Positions 1 to 8,355 of a DNA stretch of 64,000 nt are shown piece after piece. Location: positions 11,369-75,368 of the forward strand of contig CBDFKS010000003.1 in NCBI GenBank assembly GCA_965248905.1, read 5' to 3'. The notes beneath the pieces were generated by a model that was given only the letters and a program-made list of their open reading frames with translations, was not told the DNA's origin and ran no database searches. Each line of letters begins with the position of its first letter. Position 1 is the stretch's first letter. This stretch comes from Dehalococcoidia bacterium. GTDB taxonomy: Bacteria; Chloroflexota; Dehalococcoidia; Lucifugimonadales; JAGWBF01. The translations under genes and the position numbers were made by a program.

Positions 1-1
1 G

Positions 2-1072
2 TTGTGTCAGCAGGCGGGGCTGGTGAAGCTGGGGCACGTGGCGCTGGACGGCACGAAGGTCAAGGCCAACGCATCGAAGCATAAGGCGATGAGTTACCAA
101 CGGATGAAGGAGAAGGCAGCGCAGTTGGCGGCGGAGGTAGCGGAGTTGTTGCGACAGGCCCAGGCAGCGGATGATGAGGAAGACCGGCGGTACGGCAAAG
201 ACAAGCGTGGAGATGAGTTGCCGCAGGAGTTGGCCTTTCGAGAGGGTCGGTTGGAGAAGATACGGGAAGCCATGGCGGCGCTGGAAGCCGAGGCGCAGGC
301 GGCTGCCGAACAGGCCGAGGCCGAAGGTGGTAATCACCCGGGGGTGCCCGACGACAAGGCCCAGCGTAACTTCACCGATACCGAGTCGCGCATCATCCCC
401 GCACCTGGAGGAAAGGACTTCCTGCAAGCGTACAACTGTCAGGCGGTGGTGGACAGCGCTCACCAGGTGATCGTGGCGGCGCGGGCCACCAACCAGGCTT
501 CGGATAAGCAACAGGCTGCGGCGATGATGGAGGAGACCATCGACAACGTCGGTGCAGTCCCCAGGGAAGTATCCGCCGATGCTGGCTATTACTCGGCAAA
601 GGCAGTCGACGAGCTCTATGCTCTGGGCGTGGACCCGTTCGTCGCGCCGGAGCAGACCCGCCACGGCCGGGTTGTGCCACCCGCGCCCCGAGGTCGCATA
701 CCCAGCCATCTGTCTCCCAGGGACCGGATGCGACGGAAGTTACAGACCAAGCGGGGTCGGCAGCGCTACGCTTTGCGGATGCAAACTGTGGAGCCGGTAT
801 TCGGCCAGATCAAGCAGGGCAGGGGATTCCGGCAGTTCCTGCTGCGGGGACTGGAGAAGGTGAACGGCGAATGGTCGCTGATCTGCACCGGCCACAACCT
901 GCTCAAACTGTTCCGCTTTGGGGTCAATCTGCACAGGAAAGCACGGGCCGATGGGCCAGCCCAACGCATCAGGAACTTTGCCGAGGTAGTGAGCACGGCG
1001 CTATTCGCAAAGCTATCTGGGGGCCGGCTGGGGCAACCGGCAAAATTAGTTGTCGCGATCCATTGGCGCTGA
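2..1072 (+). CDS. IS1182/IS5-like DDE transposase, C-terminal part (5' end cut by window edge)
   Basis: The ORF is open from the window start. Motifs HVALDGTKVKANAS, an Ala/Glu-rich coiled segment, NFTDTESRII..GGKDFLQAYNCQAVVD and SADAGYYS look like IS1182-family transposases as I remember them. Confidence 0.7.
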   Translation: MCQQAGLVKLGHVALDGTKVKANASKHKAMSYQRMKEKAAQLAAEVAELLRQAQAADDEEDRRYGKDKRGDELPQELAFREGRLEKIREAMAALEAEAQAAAEQAEAEGGNHPGVPDDKAQRNFTDTESRIIPAPGGKDFLQAYNCQAVVDSAHQVIVAARATNQASDKQQAAAMMEETIDNVGAVPREVSADAGYYSAKAVDELYALGVDPFVAPEQTRHGRVVPPAPRGRIPSHLSPRDRMRRKLQTKRGRQRYALRMQTVEPVFGQIKQGRGFRQFLLRGLEKVNGEWSLICTGHNLLKLFRFGVNLHRKARADGPAQRIRNFAEVVSTALFAKLSGGRLGQPAKLVVAIHWR

Positions 1073-1138
1073 CCCGCAAGCACCGTTAGATAATCCTCGG
1101 ACGGGCTGCTAGGACCTTTTAATATCGATGCCAAGCTG

Positions 1139-1214
1139 AGCCCTTCGTTCCTCAGGGTAAAATCCGCGAAAAGTCTAACCCCTGGCATTGATTCTTCGCT
1201 GCGCTCAGAATGAC
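1139..1214. repeat. REP-like element, GCTCAGAATGAC type (copy 1, left arm degenerate)
   Basis: agcccttcgttcctcagggtaaa...gattcttcgctgcgctcagaatgac is shared with the copies at 8041-8155 and 31391-31479. Confidence 0.5.
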
Positions 1215-1269
1215 TTTAGGGGCAAAGCCTCATCAAGGGGGAAGGGAATGTCTCGGTAGACCCAGGGGC

Positions 1270-1842
1270 TCATAAAGTCTCGGAAATCTGAGAGGCCTCC
1301 ACACCAGTGAGTACTGCTACCACTTGATCCACCAACCCCTCGGCTCGGCTCCTCACGGCTCCCCGGTCCAGTCCACCCACCGGATGGGCTGTGAATATGA
1401 CGGGGTAATCACTGGCGCCCCACATACTAGCCATAGCCTTTGCGGTGGTCTCGAAGGGGTAGGTGCATATCGTAGCCGATGCTATTCCAGCCTTTTCCAG
1501 ATGAATGCCGTCGTGCACACTGCACGCGCTGCAGGACCCTCAATCGCCGATGGCCACGATGGCGTAGTCACACTCCTTACCCATCTGGCTGATTATCTCT
1601 GGATCTGCAGGTTTGGAAGCCGAAGGCTTGCGGTGATACATGACGTTTGCAACGCCATATCTGGACTTCAGCAGGTCAGCAAGCTCTTCCAGTAGCTCTT
1701 TGCCATTGGGTTTGCTGTCGTCGATCAGACCCACTCGCTTGCCCTTTAGGTCCTGAAGCCGTCGCGCTCCAGTGAAGCTGGCAATGATGGGTTGGGTGGT
1801 GGGGTCCACCAGTAGGTATTGTTTACGAGTGTCCAGCGCCAT
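1270..1842 (-). CDS. UGSC-family selenoprotein (in-frame TGA at 1542..1540 read as Sec), 190 aa
   Basis: ORFs 1540..1842 and 1270..1518 share one frame and are separated only by a TGA plus sense codons. Read-through gives AIVAIGD-U-GSCSACSVHDGIH. The U-G-S-C motif and the 190-aa length match the UGSC (seleno)protein family name as I recall it. Confidence 0.75.
1512..1526 (-). promoter_or_regulatory. Candidate bacterial SECIS hairpin (CGUGCA-GUG-UGCACG) starting 14 nt after the UGA
   Basis: A perfect 6-bp stem with a G/U-containing apical loop was read directly from the minus strand. An alternative CUGCA/UGCAG stem also exists. This is not a validated SECIS. Confidence 0.3.
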
Positions 1843-1896
1843 GCACTTACTCCTTTTTTGTGCTCAGGCCAAGTCCTAATTATCCTGGTTTTCTGC

Positions 1897-2973
1897 TCAT
1901 CGGATGGCTTTGGTTACCGCGGTCGAGGAAACATTGGGTCCCCAGCTGGGAATGAGAGCGCAAAGAGGCGCCTCGGACCCGCCAGCAGCAAGCACCAGGA
2001 TATCGTCTGGAGATGCCACAAGCGAAATGAATCGCTCATCATCCCCCGGCTCCACATTCCCTTTGATCACTTCCACACGCTTGAGTTCCGCCATAGACCT
2101 ACGAACCCGGGTAGCCAGATGTTGTCGAACATCCGCCTTGCTCCAGCCCTCCCATACATCGCTGGTTCCGGCCGCTACGAGCACTATCTGGCCCTGTCGG
2201 AGCATGGCCGAAGTGTCGCCTATGGAACCGCTATTGGCCAATGAGCTACCTAACGAAGATGCCACATCCGCCACGCCCGCAAGAATGATCTCCGGTTTTG
2301 ACGCCATCCTGATCTGCCGTGGAGACTCGCAGGCGAATACGGTGACCGTGCTATCATCTCTGGAGAACCCCCGTTCTACGTGAAGAGGATTCCAATGGGT
2401 CTCCAGCTCATTCTCTGCAATGCAGTAGCTGAACTTGCCCGGATGCCCCAGAATGCTACGGTCGAAGAGGCCGGGTATGGCGGCACAGGCATTCATGAGT
2501 ATGAGCCGGATGGACCTGCCTATGGTGGAGTTGGCCCGGTTTCCTGGGCCAAAGAGGTTATTTTTACAGTTAATATCCAACTCTTGGATTATAGGGCCAT
2601 TTATTATCAACAGGATGCCTGCCCCGCCCAGACTGGAGGAGGGGCCGATCAGGTTGAAGGCAGGGTCCAGAACGGCCTCGGTAGCCGCTAGAACAACGGG
2701 AAAGTATTCGGGCAGGCAGCCGGCCATCACGGCGTTGGCCGCAACTTTGCCCACGGTTACCTCTCGTCGACGCTCCGGCAACGAGCCCAGGACCTCGTCG
2801 GCTGGACGCTCGGCATAGTTGAGGAACTGCTGTACTCTGTCCACCGTGGGAGGAACCACGGGAAGGCCATCGGTCCAGCCCAGCTCATAGCACCTTTCGA
2901 TGGCATCTATGACGCCATCCCACTCGGTTTGAACCAGATCCTTTGCGCCTGAGGTCACAGCCACTCCTCCCAT
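1897..2973 (-). CDS. Conserved hypothetical protein (358 aa), upstream operon partner of the UGSC gene
   Basis: A long ORF on the same strand, 54 nt upstream of the UGSC gene. I recognise no motif. Confidence 0.65.
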   Translation of the reverse strand: MGGVAVTSGAKDLVQTEWDGVIDAIERCYELGWTDGLPVVPPTVDRVQQFLNYAERPADEVLGSLPERRREVTVGKVAANAVMAGCLPEYFPVVLAATEAVLDPAFNLIGPSSSLGGAGILLIINGPIIQELDINCKNNLFGPGNRANSTIGRSIRLILMNACAAIPGLFDRSILGHPGKFSYCIAENELETHWNPLHVERGFSRDDSTVTVFACESPRQIRMASKPEIILAGVADVASSLGSSLANSGSIGDTSAMLRQGQIVLVAAGTSDVWEGWSKADVRQHLATRVRRSMAELKRVEVIKGNVEPGDDERFISLVASPDDILVLAAGGSEAPLCALIPSWGPNVSSTAVTKAIR

Positions 2974-3120
2974 AGAAATTGATGCTGATGTTTGGGCTTA
3001 CGCTAGCACACGCCTATTGGGTAGTCAAGGGAGAGTGCAGGCTGTACGCTCACGTCAGCTCAGTCGTGGCCTATGCTATAATTGGCTGTGTCATATGGTC
3101 ATCGGGAGTGTCGCTCGCCC

Positions 3121-4680
3121 ATGAAAAATCGGGACCTGGAAGCAACCTGGGCATATCACGACGCCACAAAGCACTCTGTCTGGAGTATCCGCAACGACCC
3201 CCACTATTTGGATTTTGATAACCAGCCCCTCCCGTTCAAGATATACCCGGAGCTGGAGCCAATCCCTCTCCCCCACGACCGCCCAGTCTCAACAATGACG
3301 GCGCTATCCGCCATATCCACCATAACCGCTTCTGATGGGACCTGCATCCCTGACAAGACCACTCTCGCCAGCCTTCTTAACTATTCCGCAGGCATCACCA
3401 AACGGAGTACTTTTCCCGGCGGAGAGATGGTCTTTAGAGCCGCTGCATGTACGGGAGCGCTGTATCACATCGAGCTATACCTGGTTTGCGGAGACCTACC
3501 GGACTTACCGGCCGGTGTATACCACTTCGGGGTCCAAGACTTCGCCTTGCGCAAGCTGAGAGAGGGTGATTTCAGGCGCGTTCTTAGCGCCGCCAGTGGA
3601 CAGGAGCCCTCCATAGCCCACGCTCCGGCGATGATAGTGTGCACAGGCACCTATTGGCGCAACTCCTGGAAGTATCGTTCCAGGACCTATCGGCATTGCT
3701 TCTGGGATAATGGCACCATCCTGGCCAATCTGCTGGCAATCTCAACAGCCCACGCCGTCCCTGCTCGTGTTGTCATGGGCTTCGTGGATGACACTGTAAA
3801 CCGGCTGCTGGACCTGGATACCGATCGAGAAGTAGCCCTGAGCCTCGTTCCTCTGGGATACACCAGCGAAACGACCATCGGCGATGCCCCGGACGTTCGA
3901 CCCCTGAATCTAAGCACTGTCCCACTGTCCAGGACAGAAGAGGAATACCCCCTGATCGGCGCAATGCACGAAGCCTCCTCACTGACTACCGAGGAAGAAG
4001 CAAGGGTGTGGCGTGGGTCCACTCCCGCAACCTCTACAATCGAGTCTGCAAGCCTAACATTCTCTCCGCCGCCTCTTGCTAAAGAAGAAGCACCCACCGA
4101 ACCGATCGAGAAGGTCATCGTACGCCGGGGATCAAGCAGGCAGTTTCTTCGCCAGCCTATCTCTTCGGCTCAACTCATCACCATCCTTCAGCGGTCTACC
4201 CAGGGAGTCCCGGCGGATTTTCTTGAACCCGAAGGCACGATTATCAACGACCTCTATCTCATCGTGCACGCAGTCGAGGGCCTGCCTGCGGGAGCCTACC
4301 TCTATCACCGCGACGAAAACTCCCTGGAGCTTCTCAAAGAAGGCGACTTTCGCCAGATGGCAGGTCACCTAGGACTGGGCCAGGCTATCCCCGCCGACGC
4401 CAGCGCGGACGTTTTCTTTCTTGCAGACCTGAACCCACTTTTGGACCGTTATGGGAACAGGGCGTACCGGGCGACGCAGATGGAAGCGGGCATAATCGGG
4501 GGCAAGATGTATCTGGCTGCTTACGCCCAAAAGTTAGGAGCCAGCGGCCTCACATTCTTCGACGACGACGTGATCTCATTCTTCTCACCCCACGCCGAAG
4601 GAAAGAGCGTCATGTTCCTGGTGGCGCTGGGCAGACCATTACGTAAGCGAATCAGAAGGCCGGATCCTTCGTCTACTTAG
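3121..4680 (+). CDS. SagB/ThcOx-type dehydrogenase (double nitroreductase-like fold)
   Basis: It has the N-terminal W-AYHDATKHS motif typical of SagB-type dehydrogenases and a ~520-aa two-domain length. The start was chosen at ATG 3121, and TTG 3082 is also possible. Confidence 0.7.
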   Translation: MKNRDLEATWAYHDATKHSVWSIRNDPHYLDFDNQPLPFKIYPELEPIPLPHDRPVSTMTALSAISTITASDGTCIPDKTTLASLLNYSAGITKRSTFPGGEMVFRAAACTGALYHIELYLVCGDLPDLPAGVYHFGVQDFALRKLREGDFRRVLSAASGQEPSIAHAPAMIVCTGTYWRNSWKYRSRTYRHCFWDNGTILANLLAISTAHAVPARVVMGFVDDTVNRLLDLDTDREVALSLVPLGYTSETTIGDAPDVRPLNLSTVPLSRTEEEYPLIGAMHEASSLTTEEEARVWRGSTPATSTIESASLTFSPPPLAKEEAPTEPIEKVIVRRGSSRQFLRQPISSAQLITILQRSTQGVPADFLEPEGTIINDLYLIVHAVEGLPAGAYLYHRDENSLELLKEGDFRQMAGHLGLGQAIPADASADVFFLADLNPLLDRYGNRAYRATQMEAGIIGGKMYLAAYAQKLGASGLTFFDDDVISFFSPHAEGKSVMFLVALGRPLRKRIRRPDPSST

Positions 4681-4837
4681 TCAGCTTGACATCCTTTTTC
4701 ATAAATGTTACGTTCAAGTATCATTTCCCCTGAAAGAATTCCCGCATTTTGCCCCATAGCCAGGTAAAATGATCTGAGATCGAAAGGCCAGCAGAGGCTT
4801 GGCCAAACGGCCAAGACCGAGCTTGATGTGAGGGGCC

Positions 4838-6355
4838 ATGGCGGTAGATGCGAAGGCAGCTCGCTGGGCTGAGCTCAAGGAGCTTTGTGACACTCTACTG
4901 TCCGAGCGGCGCCTCATCCTCGCCAGCAACCGTGGGCCCGTTGAGCACCAGATAGCCCCCGACGGCCGAATCGACGCCAGACGTGGCAGTGGCGGCGTAG
5001 TGACCGCGCTCAGCTCGTTGGCCCAGATGGTAGAGTTCACCTGGATTGCCAGCGCCATCGGCGAGGGCGACAGGCGAGTCACTGAGAATAACCAGGGCGC
5101 CAGACTGCGCTCACCCTTACCGTCCCACAAAATCTACCTCCGCTTCGTCGTAACTCCCCGTAGGATATACCACAAATATTACAACGTCTTTTGTAATCCC
5201 CTGCTGTGGTTCCTACAGCACTACATGTGGAACTCGCCCTACAACCCAAACCTGGATGCAAACGTCCATGACGCTTGGCATGATGGCTACGTGGAAGTAA
5301 ACAAAGCATTTGCCCAGACGGTGATCGAGGAGGCCCAAGAGTGTTCCAAGCGCCCTATCATCATGGTGCATGACTATCACCTTTACCTTGCGCCGGAATT
5401 TATCAGGGAAGCACTACCCGAATCCATCATCCACCATTTCACTCACATCCCCTGGCCCGCACCCAGATACTGGCAACTTCTGCCTTCCCACTTTATAAGC
5501 AGCCTTTGCAAGGGTTTGTGCTCAGCTAATATTGTGGGATTTCAGACTCGCCACGACGTAAGGAACTTCCTGTACACCTGCGAGGAGTTTCTGCCTGAGA
5601 GTGAGATCGATTATTACAACGGGGCGGTAAAATGGGGTAGCCATACGACACTGGTGCGCGCTTATCCCATATCCATTAACGTGGAGGAGATACAGAGGAT
5701 CGCCAACTCACCCCGAGCCCTGGATTACGAGAGGAAACTGAAGTCTCTATGTAACGAGAGCACCATCATTCGGGTCGACCGGGCCGAACCCAGCAAGAAC
5801 GTTGTGCGCGGCTTTAAGGCATTCAAACTTCTGCTATCCAGGTATCCTGACTTCCAGGGTCGAGTCAACTTTTTAGCGTTCCTCGTTCCGTCCCGTACGC
5901 ATATTCGGCAGTATCAGAGGTACATGGACGAGATCCAGGAGATAATAAAGGATATAAACTCAACCTTCGGTACGGACCAGTGGCAGCCAATAACTACGTT
6001 CATCGAGAACAATTACACCCAGGCCATCGCCGGAATGAAACTCTACGATGTGATGATAGTCAACTCGGTCATCGACGGAATGAACCTGGTAGCCAAAGAG
6101 GGACCGGTGGTTAATACCAGAGGTGGCGTGCTTATTTTGTCGGAGACCACTGGCGCCTACAACCAGCTAAAGGATGGAGCGCTTTCAGTATCGCCTGCGG
6201 ACATCGAGGGCACCATGCAGGCCATGTATCAGGCGCTAACAATGAGCGCCGAGGAAAGAGAGCGTCGCTCTACCATCATGGCCGAGGTAATAGGCACGGA
6301 AGATATCACCCATTGGATTTATAGCCAGCTAGAAGACATCAAAGCTCTGGCTTAG
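4838..6355 (+). CDS. otsA: GT20 family trehalose-6-phosphate synthase-like (OtsA-like; a GgpS-like role is not excluded)
   Basis: LASNRGPVEH, VHDYHLYL, DGMNLVAKE and ILSE..GA are GT20 hallmarks. An HAD-IIB phosphatase gene lies adjacent. Confidence 0.7.
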   Translation: MAVDAKAARWAELKELCDTLLSERRLILASNRGPVEHQIAPDGRIDARRGSGGVVTALSSLAQMVEFTWIASAIGEGDRRVTENNQGARLRSPLPSHKIYLRFVVTPRRIYHKYYNVFCNPLLWFLQHYMWNSPYNPNLDANVHDAWHDGYVEVNKAFAQTVIEEAQECSKRPIIMVHDYHLYLAPEFIREALPESIIHHFTHIPWPAPRYWQLLPSHFISSLCKGLCSANIVGFQTRHDVRNFLYTCEEFLPESEIDYYNGAVKWGSHTTLVRAYPISINVEEIQRIANSPRALDYERKLKSLCNESTIIRVDRAEPSKNVVRGFKAFKLLLSRYPDFQGRVNFLAFLVPSRTHIRQYQRYMDEIQEIIKDINSTFGTDQWQPITTFIENNYTQAIAGMKLYDVMIVNSVIDGMNLVAKEGPVVNTRGGVLILSETTGAYNQLKDGALSVSPADIEGTMQAMYQALTMSAEERERRSTIMAEVIGTEDITHWIYSQLEDIKALA

Positions 6356-7212
6356 GGCATCTGGTCCACAAGCCAGCTCAGGAACCCCTCCACCTCAGAC
6401 ACGCTCGATAGCGTCAAGTCAGCCTCTTGCTCCAACTCCGGTGGGGAATCTATACCTACCACAGCGATGGACAGGCTTGCCAGGTCTTTCTGCCTGGACA
6501 GGGAAGAGGCGGCCCTGAAGGCATCTAGGTCGGTCACATCGTCTCCCATCACAATGGCCCCTGAAAGCCCGTACTCCGCGACCAAAGAAGTGAGCGCTGT
6601 TCCTTTGGTGAATTCTATGGGCGGGAGTACGTTTATAACCGTCTTGCCCATTAAAACCTTGACCTTGTCTCCCGCCAGCTCCTCAACGGCTCTCAGGACC
6701 GCGTCCCGAGCGCCATCGGGGTTTTCCGCCAGGCGATAATGGATGGCGAAGGAGCTACCTTTATCTTCGAAAAGCAGGCCTTCTGTCGTTAGTCGCTCAC
6801 TTAGTTCTATTCGTAGCTGGCCAAGCAGAGAAGAAAAGGGCCTGGACTCCTCAACGGGGCTAAGCTGTCCCTTTTCAAGACGCTCCAGGCCATGATTACC
6901 TACAATCAGCAGATCAGACATGCCTAAAATACCTTGCGCCTGGATGGCAGACCGCCCAGTGACAATAACCACCAAAGCGAACTTATGCCGTAGTTTCGTA
7001 AGCGCCGACATGATGCTCGCGCTCACAGTAGCCGCATCGGGCTCAGGCACTATCTCCGACAGAGTACCGTCCAGGTCCAAGAACAGGCCCGTAGGACCGG
7101 CTGTCAGAAGGGCGGATACATCATGTAAGTTGTCTAGCAGCGGCCCTCTAGCGATGACTTCCTCCCATTGGACTTTAGAATTAACCTGGTTTTTCTCGAC
7201 GCTAATATACAC
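6352..7212 (-). CDS. otsB: Trehalose-phosphatase-like HAD-IIB hydrolase
   Basis: LFLDLDGTLSEI (DxD motif), VTGR and MGDDVTDLDAF, adjacent to the GT20 synthase. Confidence 0.7.
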   Translation of the reverse strand: MYISVEKNQVNSKVQWEEVIARGPLLDNLHDVSALLTAGPTGLFLDLDGTLSEIVPEPDAATVSASIMSALTKLRHKFALVVIVTGRSAIQAQGILGMSDLLIVGNHGLERLEKGQLSPVEESRPFSSLLGQLRIELSERLTTEGLLFEDKGSSFAIHYRLAENPDGARDAVLRAVEELAGDKVKVLMGKTVINVLPPIEFTKGTALTSLVAEYGLSGAIVMGDDVTDLDAFRAASSLSRQKDLASLSIAVVGIDSPPELEQEADLTLSSVSEVEGFLSWLVDQMP

Positions 7213-7365
7213 ATTTCGTCGAGAACAGTGGCAGTATAGGAGGGCGAAACTATGCTGTCAACGTCGAATTTCTAATGGCCAATGGCGTGGTCTTTGTCGT
7301 GGCCGAAACGAGATATGATAGAATACAAACGTCAACAGTATCCAACCGAGGCGTAGGGTGTAGGG

Positions 7366-7938
7366 ATGGAAGAGCTATTCAACCTGGGTCGTGAGGGACT
7401 TGAACGCACAGACATCAACCTCTGGATATTCCCACACCTCGCTGAAATCATGGCGATCGACCTTCGGTGGGGGAGCCCTAAGGTAGCTGTACTGGAAGCT
7501 GAAAACCTTTTCGGAGACAGCTTCTTCAGTAGGGTGGAGCAGGGCTTTAGCCAGATACTCAGAGAACGGACCGAGTATCCCTTTGCCCACCTCATCGACT
7601 TACCCGTGAAGGTTGAAGAGCTTATTAGAGAAACAGGTATGATGGCTATTCTAGACAAGCTAGGCCACCAAGAGGGAGAAGGCGAATTTCCTACCCTGGC
7701 CGTATTCATCGTCAGTGGTGCTGCCCTTTCCATGACTCCTGAGCAAATCGGACATGCGTGCCGGTCCATACTGGGTGATGAGGCCGACCCAGCCGTTGTG
7801 CTGGAAAGCTCGAACTTTTTGGAGACCCTGATGGCCAAAGAGCATGGTGTAGTCAAGCGCATCGACCGAGAGGAGTTGCGAGAGGCATTGGAGGACCAGT
7901 CTCCCAACTTCTTCACCTTATGGGACCGACGAAACTGA
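7366..7938 (+). CDS. Hypothetical protein (190 aa)
   Basis: The composition is protein-like. The overlapping minus-strand ORF 7332..7916 is Ser/Arg-rich and was judged spurious. Confidence 0.45.
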   Translation: MEELFNLGREGLERTDINLWIFPHLAEIMAIDLRWGSPKVAVLEAENLFGDSFFSRVEQGFSQILRERTEYPFAHLIDLPVKVEELIRETGMMAILDKLGHQEGEGEFPTLAVFIVSGAALSMTPEQIGHACRSILGDEADPAVVLESSNFLETLMAKEHGVVKRIDREELREALEDQSPNFFTLWDRRN

Positions 7939-8040
7939 ATTTAGGCCTACCCAGCAGCTAAATCCAGCGTACAACACCTCTATTTCGGGTTTAAAGACGT
8001 CCAGGGTCTTTTCATTATCTTCCAGACCAAGTCCGTCCAT

Positions 8041-8155
8041 GTCATTCTGAAGGAGCCCTTCGGCTTTGCTCAGGGTAAACTTCCCGACTGAAGAATCTCT
8101 CTTCCAAGTAAAGAGGGATCTGACCGTTGAGATGCTTCGCTTCGCTCAGCATGAC
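8041..8155. repeat. REP-like element with terminal inverted repeats GTCATTCTGA...TCAGCATGAC (copy 2)
   Basis: gtcattctgaaggagcccttcgg..ctcagggtaaa...cttcgctcagcatgac, which shares motifs with the copies at 1139 and 31391. Confidence 0.5.
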
Positions 8156-8189
8156 ACTGAAAAGACCCTGTAACGACGTCCGGGATTTA

Positions 8190-8218
8190 TTGACACTACG
8201 CCTGGTGTATGCTAAAAT
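8190..8218 (+). promoter_or_regulatory. Candidate sigma70-type promoter (TTGACA, 17-nt spacer, TAAAAT)
   Basis: TTGACA at 8190-8195, a 17-nt spacer and TAAAAT at 8213-8218, read directly. Confidence 0.35.
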
Positions 8219-8241
8219 ATAAGTCACAATTGGAGCATCTG

Positions 8242-8279
8242 AAAAGAGGTCAGGGGGCTAACCCTGACCTCTTTTGTTC
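8242..8279. terminator. Intrinsic (bidirectional) terminator hairpin
   Basis: A perfect 14-bp stem aaaagaggtcaggg/ccctgacctctttt with loop ggctaa, a T-tract on the plus strand and an A-tract giving a U-tract on the minus strand. Confidence 0.55.
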
Positions 8280-8355
8280 TTAATTTCGCCCCTGGTGTCA
8301 CGCCACATGTTGAAACGACTCCAAAGGGGATTCTTACACCTTCATATGTTGGGTG

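Noticed and set aside
1324-1695. 123-aa plus-strand ORF covering the gap between the two selenoprotein fragments.
   Set aside because: It is antisense to a coherent 190-aa reading frame and its composition is not protein-like.
3121-4680. The SagB-type dehydrogenase as a marker of a thiazole/oxazole RiPP (TOMM) gene cluster.
   Set aside because: No YcaO/cyclodehydratase, docking protein, small precursor ORF or exporter lies within about 5 kb on either side. Stand-alone SagB-like dehydrogenases are common.
4714-5130. 138-aa minus-strand ORF overlapping the start of the GT20 synthase.
   Set aside because: It overlaps a well-supported gene on the opposite strand and has no motif or RBS.
7332-7916. 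194-aa minus-strand ORF overlapping 7366..7938.
   Set aside because: It has an extreme Ser/Arg/Pro bias, while the plus-strand frame has a balanced composition. Only one of the two can be real, and neither has a recognisable motif.
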